Positions 1 through 10,096 of a DNA stretch of 64,000 bases are shown in pieces. The notes under the pieces were generated by a model. That model had not been told where the DNA came from. It did no database searches and was given only the letters and a program-made list of their open reading frames with translations. Numbering within the stretch: position 1 is the first letter of the stretch; each line of letters begins with the position of its first letter. This DNA comes from Candidatus Avilachnospira sp. (GTDB taxonomy: Bacteria; Bacillota; Clostridia; Oscillospirales; Oscillospiraceae), in NCBI GenBank assembly GCA_045580485.1, contig JAZNNW010000129.1, forward strand, positions 723-64,722, in the 5' to 3' direction. The position numbers and the translations under genes were made by a program.

Positions 1-864
1 TCCTGTGCGTCCACGAAGTCAATGTCCTCGGGACGGATGACCACATCCACAGGCTCCTTGGGTGCAAAGCCCTTGTCCAGGCACTTGAATTTCCGACCGA
101 AGAACTCCACGCAGTAGTCTTCGATCATGACGCCGTCGAGAATGTTACTTTCACCGATGAAGTCGGCAACAAAGGCATTCTTCGGCTCGTTGTAGATATC
201 CTCGGGCGTGCCGATCTGCTGGATATGACCCTTGTCCATGACGACCACTGTATCGGACATGGAGAGGGCTTCTTCCTGATCGTGGGTGACATAGACGAAG
301 GTGATGTTGGTCTCCTGCTGAATGCGCTTGAGTTCATTCTGCATATCTTTCCGCAGGCGCAGATCCAGTGCGCCCAGAGGCTCATCCAGGAGCAGCACCT
401 TGGGCTTGTTGACCAGTGCTCTTGCAATGGCAACACGCTGCTGCTGACCGCCGGAAAGCTGATGGACTTTCCGGTTTTCAAAGCCACGAAGGCTGACGAT
501 ATCCAGCATTTCTTCTACCCGGCGGTCGATCTCCAGCTCCGGCAGCTTGGCGATTCGCAGACCGAAAGCGATGTTGTCGTACACATCCAGATGGGGGAAC
601 AGAGCATACCGCTGGAAGACCGTATTGATCTGCCGTTTATAGGCCGGCACATCGTTGATGCGCTGGCCATCAAATAACACATCGCCGGAGGTGGGCGTCA
701 AAAAACCGCCGATAATCCGCAGGGTCGTGGTCTTGCCGCAGCCACTGGGTCCCAGCAATGTGAGAAATTCGTGATCGTTGATATAAAGGTTGATATTGTC
801 GAGGATTCTGTCCCCGTCAAATTCCATGGTCAGATCCGTCAAACGGATCAACTCTTTTGCCATG
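1..864 (-). CDS. potA: ABC transporter ATP-binding protein, spermidine/putrescine (PotA)-like; 3' end runs off the window
   Basis: Own minus-strand translation from ATG 864-862; the ORF is absent from the track because it has no stop in the window. [17 protein letters not shown]...; Walker [10 protein letters not shown], signature [15 protein letters not shown], Walker [24 protein letters not shown] lies upstream. Confidence 0.85.
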
Positions 865-981
865 TATCCTCCCCCATTTCTCAGATAATTTCACCGAAAG
901 ACACATTTCAGCATATTACTTCCAATATATATGTTGGCGCTTGGAATGTCAATGGTTTGACGCTTTATTTCGCTGAATATT

Positions 982-1935
982 TTATCCGAAATATTCCCGG
1001 ACGAAATCCACATCCTCCACTTGGAATTCTTTGCCGTGGAGGTACTGGAGAATTCCGCCGTCAGTTTGGAAATCGAACAGCAGCTTATAGGAATAAAGGG
1101 CCTGGAATTTCCGGTCATAGCGCTTATCCAGCTTGCCGTATTTGCCGTCGCCCAGCAGAGGGTGTCCGGCATGGGCCATCTGGGCACGAATCTGGTGGGT
1201 ACGGCCGGTGATAAGCTGACATTCCACCAGGCTGAGCCCGTCTTTGGTCTGCAAGGTGCGGTAGTTGGTGGCACAGGTCTTGGCACCGGGCTGGCTCTTT
1301 TCGGAGACATAAACCCGGTTTTTCACCGCATCTTTGAATAAGTAACCCTTCAAAGTGCCTTCTCTGGGCTTGGGTGCTCCGTGGACGATGCACAGATACC
1401 GCTTATCCAGCTCCCGGTCTTTGATTTTTTGGTTGAGAATTCGCAGGGCTTCTGCATTTTTTGCTGCAATGACAATACCGCCGGTATTGCGGTCAATACG
1501 ATTGCACAGGGCAGGGGCAAAGCTATTTTCCTGGCGGGGTTTCCATTCGCCCTTGGCATAGAGGTAGGCCTGGATATGGTCGATGAGGGTCTTACCGTAC
1601 TCGGCACCGTCATGGGGATGGACGGCTTGCCCCGGCTTCTTGTCTGCCAGCAGGATGTTTTCATCCTCATAGACAATATGGATTTTCGGGGTGGATACCG
1701 TCAGATAGGCATTTTCCTCTCTGGGCGTATCGAAAAACTCATCGTTGATGTACATTTGCAGCACATCTCCGGCGTTCAGTCTGGCATCACGGACGGAGCC
1801 TTTGCCATTGACCTTGATTCGTTTCAGGCGGATATATTTTTGCAGCAGGGAAGCTGGCAGCAGAGGAACGGTCTTGGATACAAATCGGTCCAGCCTCTGA
1901 CCGGCATCATTTTTGCCTACGGTAAACTCCTTCAT
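982..1935 (-). CDS. RluA-family 23S rRNA pseudouridine synthase
   Basis: 317-aa track ORF with an S4-like N-terminus, catalytic-loop region NRIDRNTGGIVIAAK and GRTHQIRAQMAHAGHPLLGDGKYG. Confidence 0.85.
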   Translation of the reverse strand: MKEFTVGKNDAGQRLDRFVSKTVPLLPASLLQKYIRLKRIKVNGKGSVRDARLNAGDVLQMYINDEFFDTPREENAYLTVSTPKIHIVYEDENILLADKKPGQAVHPHDGAEYGKTLIDHIQAYLYAKGEWKPRQENSFAPALCNRIDRNTGGIVIAAKNAEALRILNQKIKDRELDKRYLCIVHGAPKPREGTLKGYLFKDAVKNRVYVSEKSQPGAKTCATNYRTLQTKDGLSLVECQLITGRTHQIRAQMAHAGHPLLGDGKYGKLDKRYDRKFQALYSYKLLFDFQTDGGILQYLHGKEFQVEDVDFVREYFG

Positions 1936-2055
1936 GGCGGGCTCCTTCTTCTTGCGTTTTTGACCAGTTTATTATATAGTATCCGTGGAAAAATGACAAT
2001 AGTCTTCGCCTTGAAGGAAAGTGTGAAATTTTACGGGATTTTGCGGAAAAAGTAT

Positions 2056-2084
2056 TTGACAACCGGCATCTATTCTTATATAAT
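2056..2084 (+). promoter_or_regulatory. Consensus sigma-A-type promoter for yceD-rpmF
   Basis: TTGACA (2056-2061), 17-nt spacer, TATAAT (2079-2084), read directly from the sequence. Confidence 0.6.
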
Positions 2085-2116
2085 AGCAAATGCACGATTA
2101 TGGATTGGAGAGAGCT

Positions 2117-2617
2117 ATGCTGTTAGGACTTTCTAAAATTATGGATTGCCCCGGCGGTGTGGTCCCCTTTGAAACAAGCCTTGATTTGAGCCAGATGGAA
2201 TTTGGCATCAGCCGCCCGCTGTGCGAACCTGTCCACGCCGTTGGTCAGGTGCGGAATACAGCCGGTGTCCTTGTTCTCACAGGCGAACTCACGACGCGCC
2301 TGAAGGGAGAATGTGACCGCTGCGCCAAGCCCTTTGAAAGGGACTTTTCCGTTTCGCTGGAGGCTGTGCTGGTCTCGAAGCTCGAAAATGAGGATTTTGA
2401 AGATCCCTGGACTTTTGAGCTGAATGGCACACAGGCAGACCTGGATGACATTCTGACCACTGCTGTTGTCCTCAATATGGACAGCAAGCTGCTTTGCAGC
2501 GAGGACTGCCAGGGCTTATGTCCCCGATGCGGCGCTGATCTGAACCATGGCCCCTGCAACTGTAAGCCGGAGCCGGATCCCAGAATGGCGGTGCTTCAGC
2601 AGTTACTGAACAAATAG
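2117..2617 (+). CDS. YceD/DUF177 family protein (ribosome-associated, precedes rpmF)
   Basis: Track ORF 2090-2617. Start moved to ATG 2117, which has a GGAGAG RBS and lies downstream of the -10 at 2079. C-terminal Cys cluster CQGLCPRCGADLNHGPCNC and the conserved position upstream of L32 support the call. Confidence 0.75.
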   Translation: MLLGLSKIMDCPGGVVPFETSLDLSQMEFGISRPLCEPVHAVGQVRNTAGVLVLTGELTTRLKGECDRCAKPFERDFSVSLEAVLVSKLENEDFEDPWTFELNGTQADLDDILTTAVVLNMDSKLLCSEDCQGLCPRCGADLNHGPCNCKPEPDPRMAVLQQLLNK

Positions 2618-2659
2618 ACAATATGCCCTGCGGCATTTCAACCAAGGAGGTGTTCCCAA

Positions 2660-2845
2660 ATGGCAGTTCCCAAGAGAAAGGTTTCCAAGGCAAGAAGAGA
2701 TAAGAGACGCAACTCCCACTGGAAGCTGGCGATCCCCGGTGTCGTCGCTTGCCCCAAGTGCGGTGAGCCCCGTCTGCCCCACAGAGCCTGCAAGGCTTGC
2801 GGTACCTACAATGGCCGTGAAGTCATCGCAGTCGAGGCAGAGTAA
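2660..2845 (+). CDS. rpmF: 50S ribosomal protein L32
   Basis: [23 protein letters not shown]... with CPKCG...CKACG zinc knuckles; RBS AAGGAGG upstream. Confidence 0.95.
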   Translation: MAVPKRKVSKARRDKRRNSHWKLAIPGVVACPKCGEPRLPHRACKACGTYNGREVIAVEAE

Positions 2846-2861
2846 TTTGCGATACGAAAGT

Positions 2862-2895
2862 GAGAAGAGGGCATTATGCTCTCTTCTTTTCTTTT
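2862..2895 (+). terminator. Rho-independent terminator after rpmF
   Basis: GAGAAGAG...CTCTTCTT stem followed by a T-rich run (cttttctttttg). Confidence 0.6.
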
Positions 2896-2972
2896 TGTCA
2901 ATTTATTCTTGTATTTTACTCCCTTTTAGGGTAGAATCTAACAGATAAGAACGATCACAAGGAGGTGTCTGC

Positions 2973-4301
2973 ATGGCAAAGCCCATCGTCGCCATCGTAG
3001 GCCGCCCCAATGTGGGCAAATCCATGTTATTCAATAAACTGACCGGTCGCCGTATGGCCATCGTGGAGGATACCCCCGGCGTCACCCGTGACCGCCTTTA
3101 CGGTACCTGCGAATGGAACGGTCGGGAATTTACGCTGGTGGATACGGGCGGTATCGAACCCAGTACGGAAAACGAAATGCTGCAGTTCATGCGCCGTCAG
3201 GCGGAGATCGCCATCGCCACGGCTGATGTGATCGTCATGGTCACAGATGTCAAGGTGGGTATGACCGCTGCCGATAACGAAGTTGCCACCATGCTCAAGC
3301 GGGCAAAGAAGCCGGTCATTGTCGCTGTCAACAAGTGCGACAAGGTCGGCGGCGTAGATCCCGATTTCTATGAGTTCTACGGTCTGGGTCTGGGCGATCC
3401 CATTGAAGTCTCCGCCATCCACGGTCACGGAACCGGCGATCTGCTGGATGCCTGTGTGGAGCATTTCCCGGAGGTGGACGAGGAAGAAGAGGAAGAGGAT
3501 CGCATCAAGGTCGCCATCATCGGCAAGCCCAATGTGGGCAAATCCAGTCTGCTCAATCAGATTCTGGGCGTGGAGCGTGTCATCGTCTCCAATGTGGCAG
3601 GCACCACCCGGGCTGCCATCGACTCCAATTTTGAAAACCAGTTCGGCAAATACTGTTTTATTGATACAGCCGGTATGCGCCGGAAGTCCAAGGTGGATGA
3701 CGCCATCGAAAAGTATTCCAATCTGCGTTCTATTTCTGCCATTGACCGGGCTGATGTGTGCCTGATTCTGGTGGATGCCAACGAAGGCGTCACGGAGCAG
3801 GATACCAAGATCGCCGGCTTGGCCCATGAGGCAGGCAAGGCCTGTATCATCGTGGTCAACAAGTGGGATCTGGTGGAAAAAGAGACCAACACCATGGATA
3901 AGATGACCGATGAGATCCGTCGGGATCTGAGCTATATGTCCTATGCGCCGGTGCTGTTTATTTCCGCTTTGACCGGTCAGCGAGTGGACAAGCTCTATCA
4001 GCTCATCAACGAAGTGGCGGCTATGAGTGCCATGCGTGTCACCACCGGTATGCTCAACAACATTCTGGAGGATGCTACTGCCCGTGTGCAGCCCCCCAGT
4101 GACAAGGGCCGCCGTCTGAAGATCTATTATATGACCCAGGTGGGTGTGAAGCCCCCGCATTTCGTCATCTTCTGCAACGATGCCCGTCTGTTCCATTTCT
4201 CTTATCAGAGATATCTGGAAAACCAGCTCCGGGCTGTGTTTGGATTGATGGGTACGCCGGTTAAGCTGACGATCCGCCAGAAGGGCGATAAGGAAGACTG
4301 A
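2973..4301 (+). CDS. der: Ribosome-associated GTPase Der/EngA (tandem GTPase domains + KH)
   Basis: Two G1 motifs, GRPNVGKS and GKPNVGKS, plus two NKCD/NKWD G4 motifs in a 442-aa ORF. Confidence 0.95.
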   Translation: MAKPIVAIVGRPNVGKSMLFNKLTGRRMAIVEDTPGVTRDRLYGTCEWNGREFTLVDTGGIEPSTENEMLQFMRRQAEIAIATADVIVMVTDVKVGMTAADNEVATMLKRAKKPVIVAVNKCDKVGGVDPDFYEFYGLGLGDPIEVSAIHGHGTGDLLDACVEHFPEVDEEEEEEDRIKVAIIGKPNVGKSSLLNQILGVERVIVSNVAGTTRAAIDSNFENQFGKYCFIDTAGMRRKSKVDDAIEKYSNLRSISAIDRADVCLILVDANEGVTEQDTKIAGLAHEAGKACIIVVNKWDLVEKETNTMDKMTDEIRRDLSYMSYAPVLFISALTGQRVDKLYQLINEVAAMSAMRVTTGMLNNILEDATARVQPPSDKGRRLKIYYMTQVGVKPPHFVIFCNDARLFHFSYQRYLENQLRAVFGLMGTPVKLTIRQKGDKED

Positions 4302-4318
4302 TTTACGGAGAAAGTGAT

Positions 4319-4936
4319 ATGCAGATATTCTTTTGGATTCTGATCGTTGTTCTTGGATACTGGCTGGGCAATATCAACGGTGCTATCATCATTTCCAAAG
4401 TATTGATGAAGGACGATGTCCGCAGCCACGGCAGCGGCAATGCCGGATTGACCAACTTTTTCCGCACATACGGCGGCTTCCAGTCCCTTTTGGTTATCCT
4501 TCTGGATGCCGGTAAATGTGTGGCGGCATGTCTGATTGCACGGGATATCATAAATGTTCCGGAATACAGACTCCTTACTGCATTGGTGGCAGGTTCTGCC
4601 ACCATCCTGGGACACAGTTACCCTGCTGCTGCCGGTTTCCGGGGCGGAAAGGGTATCATGTGCGGCGCGGCACTGGCAGCTTGTGCAGATTGGCGTGTGT
4701 TTGTACTGATCCTGTCGGTGTTCATTGTGACACTGATACTGACAAAGTATGTGTCTTTGGGATCTGTATTGGCGGCAACGGCTTTTGCGGCTGGCTTTCT
4801 GGTGTTCCACTGGGGAAATTGGGCTGTCTGTATCCTTGCTGTGACAACGGCGGCTTTTGTGATCTTCCGCCACAGGACCAATATTGTCCGACTGCTGAAG
4901 GGAACCGAATCCAAACTGACCTTTCGCAAAAAGTAG
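4319..4936 (+). CDS. plsY: Glycerol-3-phosphate acyltransferase PlsY
   Basis: Polytopic 205-aa ORF with the PlsY hallmark SHGSGNAGLTNFFR; conserved der-plsY-gpsA order. Confidence 0.9.
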   Translation: MQIFFWILIVVLGYWLGNINGAIIISKVLMKDDVRSHGSGNAGLTNFFRTYGGFQSLLVILLDAGKCVAACLIARDIINVPEYRLLTALVAGSATILGHSYPAAAGFRGGKGIMCGAALAACADWRVFVLILSVFIVTLILTKYVSLGSVLAATAFAAGFLVFHWGNWAVCILAVTTAAFVIFRHRTNIVRLLKGTESKLTFRKK

Positions 4937-4945
4937 GAGGTCGTT

Positions 4946-5926
4946 ATGAATATTATGATGCTTGGCAGCGGTGCCTGGGGCACGGCGCTGGCCAATCTTC
5001 TGTGTGAAAACGGTCATCATGTCATTTTGTGGAACCGCTCCGAGGACAAAGCTGCCCAAATGGCACAAAGCAGAAGAAATCCTCGGTTGAAGGATGTGAA
5101 ACTGCATCCTGCCATGGAAGTAACAGCGGATATTTCAAGAGCACAGAACCGTGAGATGGTTGTATTTGCAACACCTTCTTTTGCGATCCGTGAAACGGCT
5201 GCAAAGGTAAAGCCTTACCTGAGACAGGATGCGATTCTGGTTTCTGTGACCAAGGGTGTGGAAGCTGAGACCGGTCTGCGGATGACGCAGATCATCGAGG
5301 CGGAAACAGGCATGGAAGCCGTTGCCCTGTCCGGTCCCTCCCATGCGGAGGAGGTCTCTCAGGGTCTGCCTACGGGCTGCGTGGCGGCCTGCGGCCACAT
5401 TGGGTTGGCAGAGCAGGTGCAGGATGTCTTTATGAATGACAGCTTCCGCATTTACACCAGCGATGATGTGGTGGGTGTGGAGCTCAGCGGTGCCATGAAG
5501 AATGTCATTGCTCTTTGCGCCGGTGTCTGTGACGGTCTGGGTTTTGGCGATAATTCCAAGGCACTGCTGATGACCCGTGGCTTGGCGGAACTGGGCGGAC
5601 TGGTGGAAGCGTTGGGCGGTCGTCCCAACACCTTTGCCGGTCTTGCCGGTGTGGGAGATACCATCGTCACCTGTACCTCCATGCATTCCAGAAACCGCCG
5701 TGCCGGTATCCTCATCGGGCAGGGTGTGCCTGTGGAACAGGCCATGGAGCAGGTGGGTGCTGTGGTGGAAGGCTACTATGCAGCCGGTTCCGTGTTTCAT
5801 CTGAGTCAAAAGGCCAAGGTGGAAATGCCCATCTGTCAGCAGGCCTATGCGGTCCTGTATGAAGGGAAAGATCCTGCCGAAACGGTCCATACCCTGATGG
5901 GTCGGGAGAAAAAAACGGAATTTTAA
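4946..5926 (+). CDS. gpsA: NAD(P)H-dependent glycerol-3-phosphate dehydrogenase
   Basis: N-terminal Rossmann GSGAWGTALA and the GVELSGAMKNVIA region in a 326-aa ORF. Confidence 0.9.
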   Translation: MNIMMLGSGAWGTALANLLCENGHHVILWNRSEDKAAQMAQSRRNPRLKDVKLHPAMEVTADISRAQNREMVVFATPSFAIRETAAKVKPYLRQDAILVSVTKGVEAETGLRMTQIIEAETGMEAVALSGPSHAEEVSQGLPTGCVAACGHIGLAEQVQDVFMNDSFRIYTSDDVVGVELSGAMKNVIALCAGVCDGLGFGDNSKALLMTRGLAELGGLVEALGGRPNTFAGLAGVGDTIVTCTSMHSRNRRAGILIGQGVPVEQAMEQVGAVVEGYYAAGSVFHLSQKAKVEMPICQQAYAVLYEGKDPAETVHTLMGREKKTEF

Positions 5927-5935
5927 CAAAACAAA

Positions 5936-5963
5936 AACAGCTTCGGAAAATTCCGAAGCTGTT
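5936..5963. terminator. Bidirectional hairpin terminator between convergent gpsA and rpmB
   Basis: AACAGCTTCGGAA / TTCCGAAGCTGTT, a perfect 13-bp stem flanked by A/T runs. Confidence 0.7.
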
Positions 5964-5978
5964 ATTGTTATACGGTAA

Positions 5979-6167
5979 TCAGATGGCGCGTTCCACCTTG
6001 TTGGAACGAAGGCATCTTGTACAGACATGTACATGGCGAGGAGTACCGTCAACAATAGCCTTAACGCGCTTGACGTTGGGCTTCACAGGACGATTGGACC
6101 GTCTATGGGAGTGAGAGACATTGATACCGAAAGTCACGCCCTTGCCGCAGATATCGCACTTTGCCAC
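5979..6167 (-). CDS. rpmB: 50S ribosomal protein L28
   Basis: VAKCDICGKGVTFGINVSHSHRRSNRPVKPNVKRV...VCTRCLRS. Track ORF starts at 6200, but AAGGAGGTG sits 6 nt before the in-frame GTG at 6167, so the shorter form is preferred. Confidence 0.9.
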   Translation of the reverse strand: MAKCDICGKGVTFGINVSHSHRRSNRPVKPNVKRVKAIVDGTPRHVHVCTRCLRSNKVERAI

Positions 6168-6337
6168 TTGCTGCACCTCCTTGCCGTTAAGATTTTTCAT
6201 AGTACGCCCTAAAGACGCCCCTACATCATAGCAGACTTAAACAAAAAATGCAAGGAAAAGTTTGCAAAAATACGAAAAAATTTTGTGCGGTTGCGGAAAC
6301 GGGAAAAAAAGGCTATAATGAACGGGAGGTGAGGTCC

Positions 6338-7288
6338 ATGGGTCCCATTTACAGTGTTCCGCTGACCAAACTGGCGGAAGAATTCAATCTGATCCCCCTT
6401 CATAAAGCGACAGATTATGAGAAGATCTGCATCACCGTGGATGATATCAGCCGTCCCGGTCTGCAGCTGGCAGGTTTCTTTGACCACTTTGAGCCTATGC
6501 GTTTGCAGGTTCTCGGCAATGTGGAAACTTCCTACCTGCAGAAGCTCAGCAGCGAACAGCGGGCGATCATCTTCGATCATCTGTTTTCCTATAAGATCCC
6601 TACTTTGATCATTGCCCGGGGTCTGGAGGCTCTGCCGGAGTGCCTGGAGATGGCTCAGAAGCATGATATCACCATCCTCCGCAGTATGGAGACCACCTCC
6701 TACACGGTTTCCAGTCTCATTACGGCGCTGAAGGCATACCTTGCACCCCGTGTGACCCGTCATGGCGTTCTGGTTGAAATTTACGGTCAGGGTATTTTCA
6801 TCACCGGTGACAGCGGTATCGGTAAAAGTGAGACCGCCATCGAGCTGGTGAAGCGTGGTCACCGTCTGGTTGCCGATGATGCGGTGGAACTGAAGAAGAT
6901 TTCTTCTTCGGAACTGGTGGGCAGTGCGCCGGAGGTTCTGCGGCACTATATTGAGCTCCGAGGCATCGGCGTTATCAATGTGGCAAAGCTCTTCGGTATG
7001 GGCGCCATCAAGGAAAGCTCCAGCATCGATCTCATCATCAACATCGTCCACTGGCAGGATGGGGAGGTCTATGACCGATTGGGTCTGGAATCCCATTATA
7101 CGGAGATTTTGGGCGTAAAAGTTCCCTCCATCACTGTTCCCGTTACCCCCGGACGAAACATGGCGGTCATCTTTGAGGTTGCCGCTATGAACAACCGCCA
7201 GAAGCAGATGGGCTACAACCCTGCCGAGGAATTTACGGAACAGCTGAGCCGGTTCTTCCAGCAGTCCGGCGATGCCATGGCATTTTGA
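6338..7288 (+). CDS. hprK: HPr kinase/phosphorylase
   Basis: Walker A GDSGIGKSETAIELVKRGHRLVADD. Start set at ATG 6338 after the GGGAGGTGAGG RBS; the upstream part of the track ORF is non-homologous. Confidence 0.9.
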   Translation: MGPIYSVPLTKLAEEFNLIPLHKATDYEKICITVDDISRPGLQLAGFFDHFEPMRLQVLGNVETSYLQKLSSEQRAIIFDHLFSYKIPTLIIARGLEALPECLEMAQKHDITILRSMETTSYTVSSLITALKAYLAPRVTRHGVLVEIYGQGIFITGDSGIGKSETAIELVKRGHRLVADDAVELKKISSSELVGSAPEVLRHYIELRGIGVINVAKLFGMGAIKESSSIDLIINIVHWQDGEVYDRLGLESHYTEILGVKVPSITVPVTPGRNMAVIFEVAAMNNRQKQMGYNPAEEFTEQLSRFFQQSGDAMAF

Positions 7289-7295
7289 GAAAAAC

Positions 7296-7330
7296 ACAGC
7301 TTCCTTTTTATAAAGGAGGCTGTTTTTCTT
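7296..7330 (+). terminator. Rho-independent terminator after hprK
   Basis: ACAGCTTCCTT...AAGGAGGCTGT stem followed by TTTT. Confidence 0.6.
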
Positions 7331-7410
7331 TCCATAAAAGTTCAATTTCCGGTTTTCTTTTCCGGTTGGATGTGGTAAGATAAATAGATAACAAACACCC
7401 GGAGGCGTTT

Positions 7411-8304
7411 ATGACCTTTTTTGATATGTTAACCCAGCGTTTTCCCGGTTTGGAACTGCACCGTGCAGAGCCCATGGCAAACCATACATCCTTCCGTATC
7501 GGCGGTCCTGCGCCCATGGCATTTCCTGCCTCGGCGGAAGAACTGACGGAATTGTACCGCTATTGTCTGGAGCAGAAAGTTTGTCCTTTGATTTTGGGAG
7601 CAGGCACCAATGTTCTTGCCCCCGATGAGGGCTTGGAAACTTTGGTCATCTGCACCAAGGGCCTCTCCAAAATCACGGATATGGGCAACGGCATGATCGA
7701 GGCAGAAGCCGGCGTGCCTATGGCGAAGCTGGCCTGCTTTGCCCGTGACCTCGGTCTGACGGGACTGGAATTCTCCCATGGAATTCCCGGCACTGTCGGC
7801 GGTGGTGTGTACATGAACGGCGGTGCCTACGGCGGTGAAATGTGTCAGGTGGCTGTCTCCACCGTGGCACTGCTGCCCGATGGCAGCCTGTGGGAGGCAG
7901 CAGGGGAGGCGCAGGAATTTTCCTACCGAAACAGTGCCTTCCAAAAGAAAAATGCCCTTATTCTGAAAACAAGATTTCAGCTGAAACAGGGAAAATCTGA
8001 AGATATCGCTGAGAAAATGCGGGAACTGATGGAAAAACGCAGAAGCTCTCAGCCTCTGGAACTACCCTCTGCCGGTTCTTTTTTTAAGCGTCCGGAAGGT
8101 AACTTTGCAGGAACGCTCATTGAAAAGGCAGGCTTGAAGGGGAAAGGTGTCGGTAAGGCTGCCGTTTCGGAAAAGCATGCCGGTTTTTTGGTGAATTTAG
8201 GCGGAGCCACCGCTGCGGATGTGCTGGCAACCATGGCTCTGGTACAGGAAAAAGTGAAAGAATATTCCGGCGTGCAATTAGAGCCGGAAGTGCGGATTTG
8301 GTAG
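7411..8304 (+). CDS. murB: UDP-N-acetylenolpyruvoylglucosamine reductase
   Basis: FAD-binding pattern NHTSFRIGGPA...ILGAGTNVL and C-terminal SAGSFFKRP in a 297-aa ORF. Confidence 0.9.
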   Translation: MTFFDMLTQRFPGLELHRAEPMANHTSFRIGGPAPMAFPASAEELTELYRYCLEQKVCPLILGAGTNVLAPDEGLETLVICTKGLSKITDMGNGMIEAEAGVPMAKLACFARDLGLTGLEFSHGIPGTVGGGVYMNGGAYGGEMCQVAVSTVALLPDGSLWEAAGEAQEFSYRNSAFQKKNALILKTRFQLKQGKSEDIAEKMRELMEKRRSSQPLELPSAGSFFKRPEGNFAGTLIEKAGLKGKGVGKAAVSEKHAGFLVNLGGATAADVLATMALVQEKVKEYSGVQLEPEVRIW

Positions 8305-8311
8305 GTGTTTT

Positions 8312-9172
8312 ATGCAATTTGTGATTGTTTCCGGCCTTTCCGGTGCCGGTAAAAGTAAAGCAGCCTCTTTTTTGGAGGATATCGGTTTTTACTGTGTGGA
8401 CAATATGCCCGCAGATTTGATCCCCCAGTTTGCACAGCTTTGTCTGGCCACAAAGGGTCGCTATGAGCGTGTGGCACTGGTGACGGATGTCCGTGCCAAT
8501 CTGACCTTTGACGGTTTGTTCAAGGCTCTGGACAGCCTCGACCAGATGGATCTGAAATACACCATTGTTTTTGTGGAAGCAGAAACGGATGTCATCATCA
8601 AGCGGTACAAGGAGACCCGCCGGAAGCATCCCCTTGCCAAGGATGGAGCTGAACTGGCATCCGTTGTGGAGCGGGAACGGGAACTGCTGGAGCCTATCCG
8701 CAACCGGGCCAATGCCATCATCAACACTTCTGCGCTCTCCGTGGCAAAACTCCGGGGCGAAGTTATCAACTTGGTGGCAGGTGATCTGAAGGATCATGCC
8801 ATGTCAGTGACGGTGACTTCCTTTGGTTTTAAGTACGGTCTGCCGGTGGATGCCGATCTGGTGTTCGATGTGCGGTTTTTGCCTAACCCTTATTATATTG
8901 CGGAGCTGAAAAACAAGACCGGCTTGGACGCAGAAGTCAAAGATTTTGTGTTTTCCTACCAGCAAACCAAAGACTTTTTGGAAAAAGTGGAGGAATTGCT
9001 GGCTTTTTGCCTGCCTTCCTATGTGGATGAAGGCAAGACCAATCTGGTCGTTGCCATTGGCTGTACCGGCGGCAAGCACCGCTCGGTGTCTGTGGCGAAA
9101 GAGTTGGGAGAATTTATCTCCCAGAAGGGCTATGTTACCACGGTCAGCCACCGTGACCTTGGACGCAGATAA
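8312..9172 (+). CDS. rapZ: RNase adapter protein RapZ (YvcJ family P-loop protein)
   Basis: MQFVIVSGLSGAGKSKAASFLEDIGFYCVDNMP and C-terminal GCTGGKHRSV. Confidence 0.9.
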   Translation: MQFVIVSGLSGAGKSKAASFLEDIGFYCVDNMPADLIPQFAQLCLATKGRYERVALVTDVRANLTFDGLFKALDSLDQMDLKYTIVFVEAETDVIIKRYKETRRKHPLAKDGAELASVVERERELLEPIRNRANAIINTSALSVAKLRGEVINLVAGDLKDHAMSVTVTSFGFKYGLPVDADLVFDVRFLPNPYYIAELKNKTGLDAEVKDFVFSYQQTKDFLEKVEELLAFCLPSYVDEGKTNLVVAIGCTGGKHRSVSVAKELGEFISQKGYVTTVSHRDLGRR

Positions 9173-9186
9173 GAGAGGAAATTGCC

Positions 9187-10080
9187 ATGTCCTTTTGTTC
9201 TCAAGTGAAAGCGGAGCTTTGCCGCCTGCCTCTGCATAAAAGCTGCTGCGCCGTGGCGGAGGCCTATGGCGTACTGCTGTTTTGCAATACTTTCTCCCGA
9301 AACGGCATCCGAATCGTGACGGAAAGTGTGGACTTTGCCCAACGGCTGCCTCGGTTGTTCAAAAAGGCTTTCGGTCTGGAATTCGACCAGCTTCCCGAAG
9401 CGGAACGGGGAAAACTGGTATTCTCCATGGATGCGCCGGAAAAGATTGTGGCTGTTTATGAGGCCTTCGGACTGGAGCCGGAGACCATGGTGGCTCTGCA
9501 TATGAACCTGGGCGTTCTGGAGGATGAATGCTGCAAGATCAGCTTCCTGCGCGGTGCTTTCATGGCCGGTGGCTCTGTTACCGATCCGGAAAAGCGGTAT
9601 CATCTGGAACTGGCCACCTCCCATCATCATGTGAGCCGGGAGGTTTACAGCCTGCTGATGGAACTGGGCTTTTTCCCCAAGAGCGTCGCCAGAGGCGGCA
9701 ATAGCATTTTGTATTTTAAGCAGAGCGATTATATTGAGGATGTCTTGACCACCCTTGGTGCGCCGGTCAATGCCATGCGCATTATGGAGGCCAAGGTGGA
9801 AAAGGATCTGCGCAACGATGTGAACCGCCGTGTCAATTGCGAGACGGCGAACCTTGGAAAGGCCGTGGATGCTGCCCAGGAGCAGCTGGCAGCCATCCGA
9901 AAGCTAGAGGCCAGCGGTGCTTATGCCGAGCTGCCGGACAAGCTCCGGAAGACGGCAGAACTGCGGAAACAGCATCCCGAAGCCACCTTGACGGAATTGG
10001 CGCAGATGCAGGATCCGCCCCTGACGAAATCTGCCATCAACCATCGGATGCGGAAATTGTTAGAACTCTCTAAACAATAA
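9187..10080 (+). CDS. whiA: DNA-binding sporulation/cell-division regulator WhiA
   Basis: MSFCSQVKAEL...CCAVAEAYGVLLF, LAGLIDADG-like core and C-terminal HTH (SKSAINHRMRKL). Confidence 0.9.
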   Translation: MSFCSQVKAELCRLPLHKSCCAVAEAYGVLLFCNTFSRNGIRIVTESVDFAQRLPRLFKKAFGLEFDQLPEAERGKLVFSMDAPEKIVAVYEAFGLEPETMVALHMNLGVLEDECCKISFLRGAFMAGGSVTDPEKRYHLELATSHHHVSREVYSLLMELGFFPKSVARGGNSILYFKQSDYIEDVLTTLGAPVNAMRIMEAKVEKDLRNDVNRRVNCETANLGKAVDAAQEQLAAIRKLEASGAYAELPDKLRKTAELRKQHPEATLTELAQMQDPPLTKSAINHRMRKLLELSKQ

Positions 10081-10096
10081 GGAAAGGAGCCTGACC

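Noticed and set aside
6168-6200. 11-codon N-terminal extension of L28 (MKNLNGKEVQQ) in the ORF track.
   Set aside because: The extension itself contains the AAGGAGGTG Shine-Dalgarno that serves the in-frame GTG at 6167, and L28 proteins normally start at the (M)AK-C-x-x-C-G motif.
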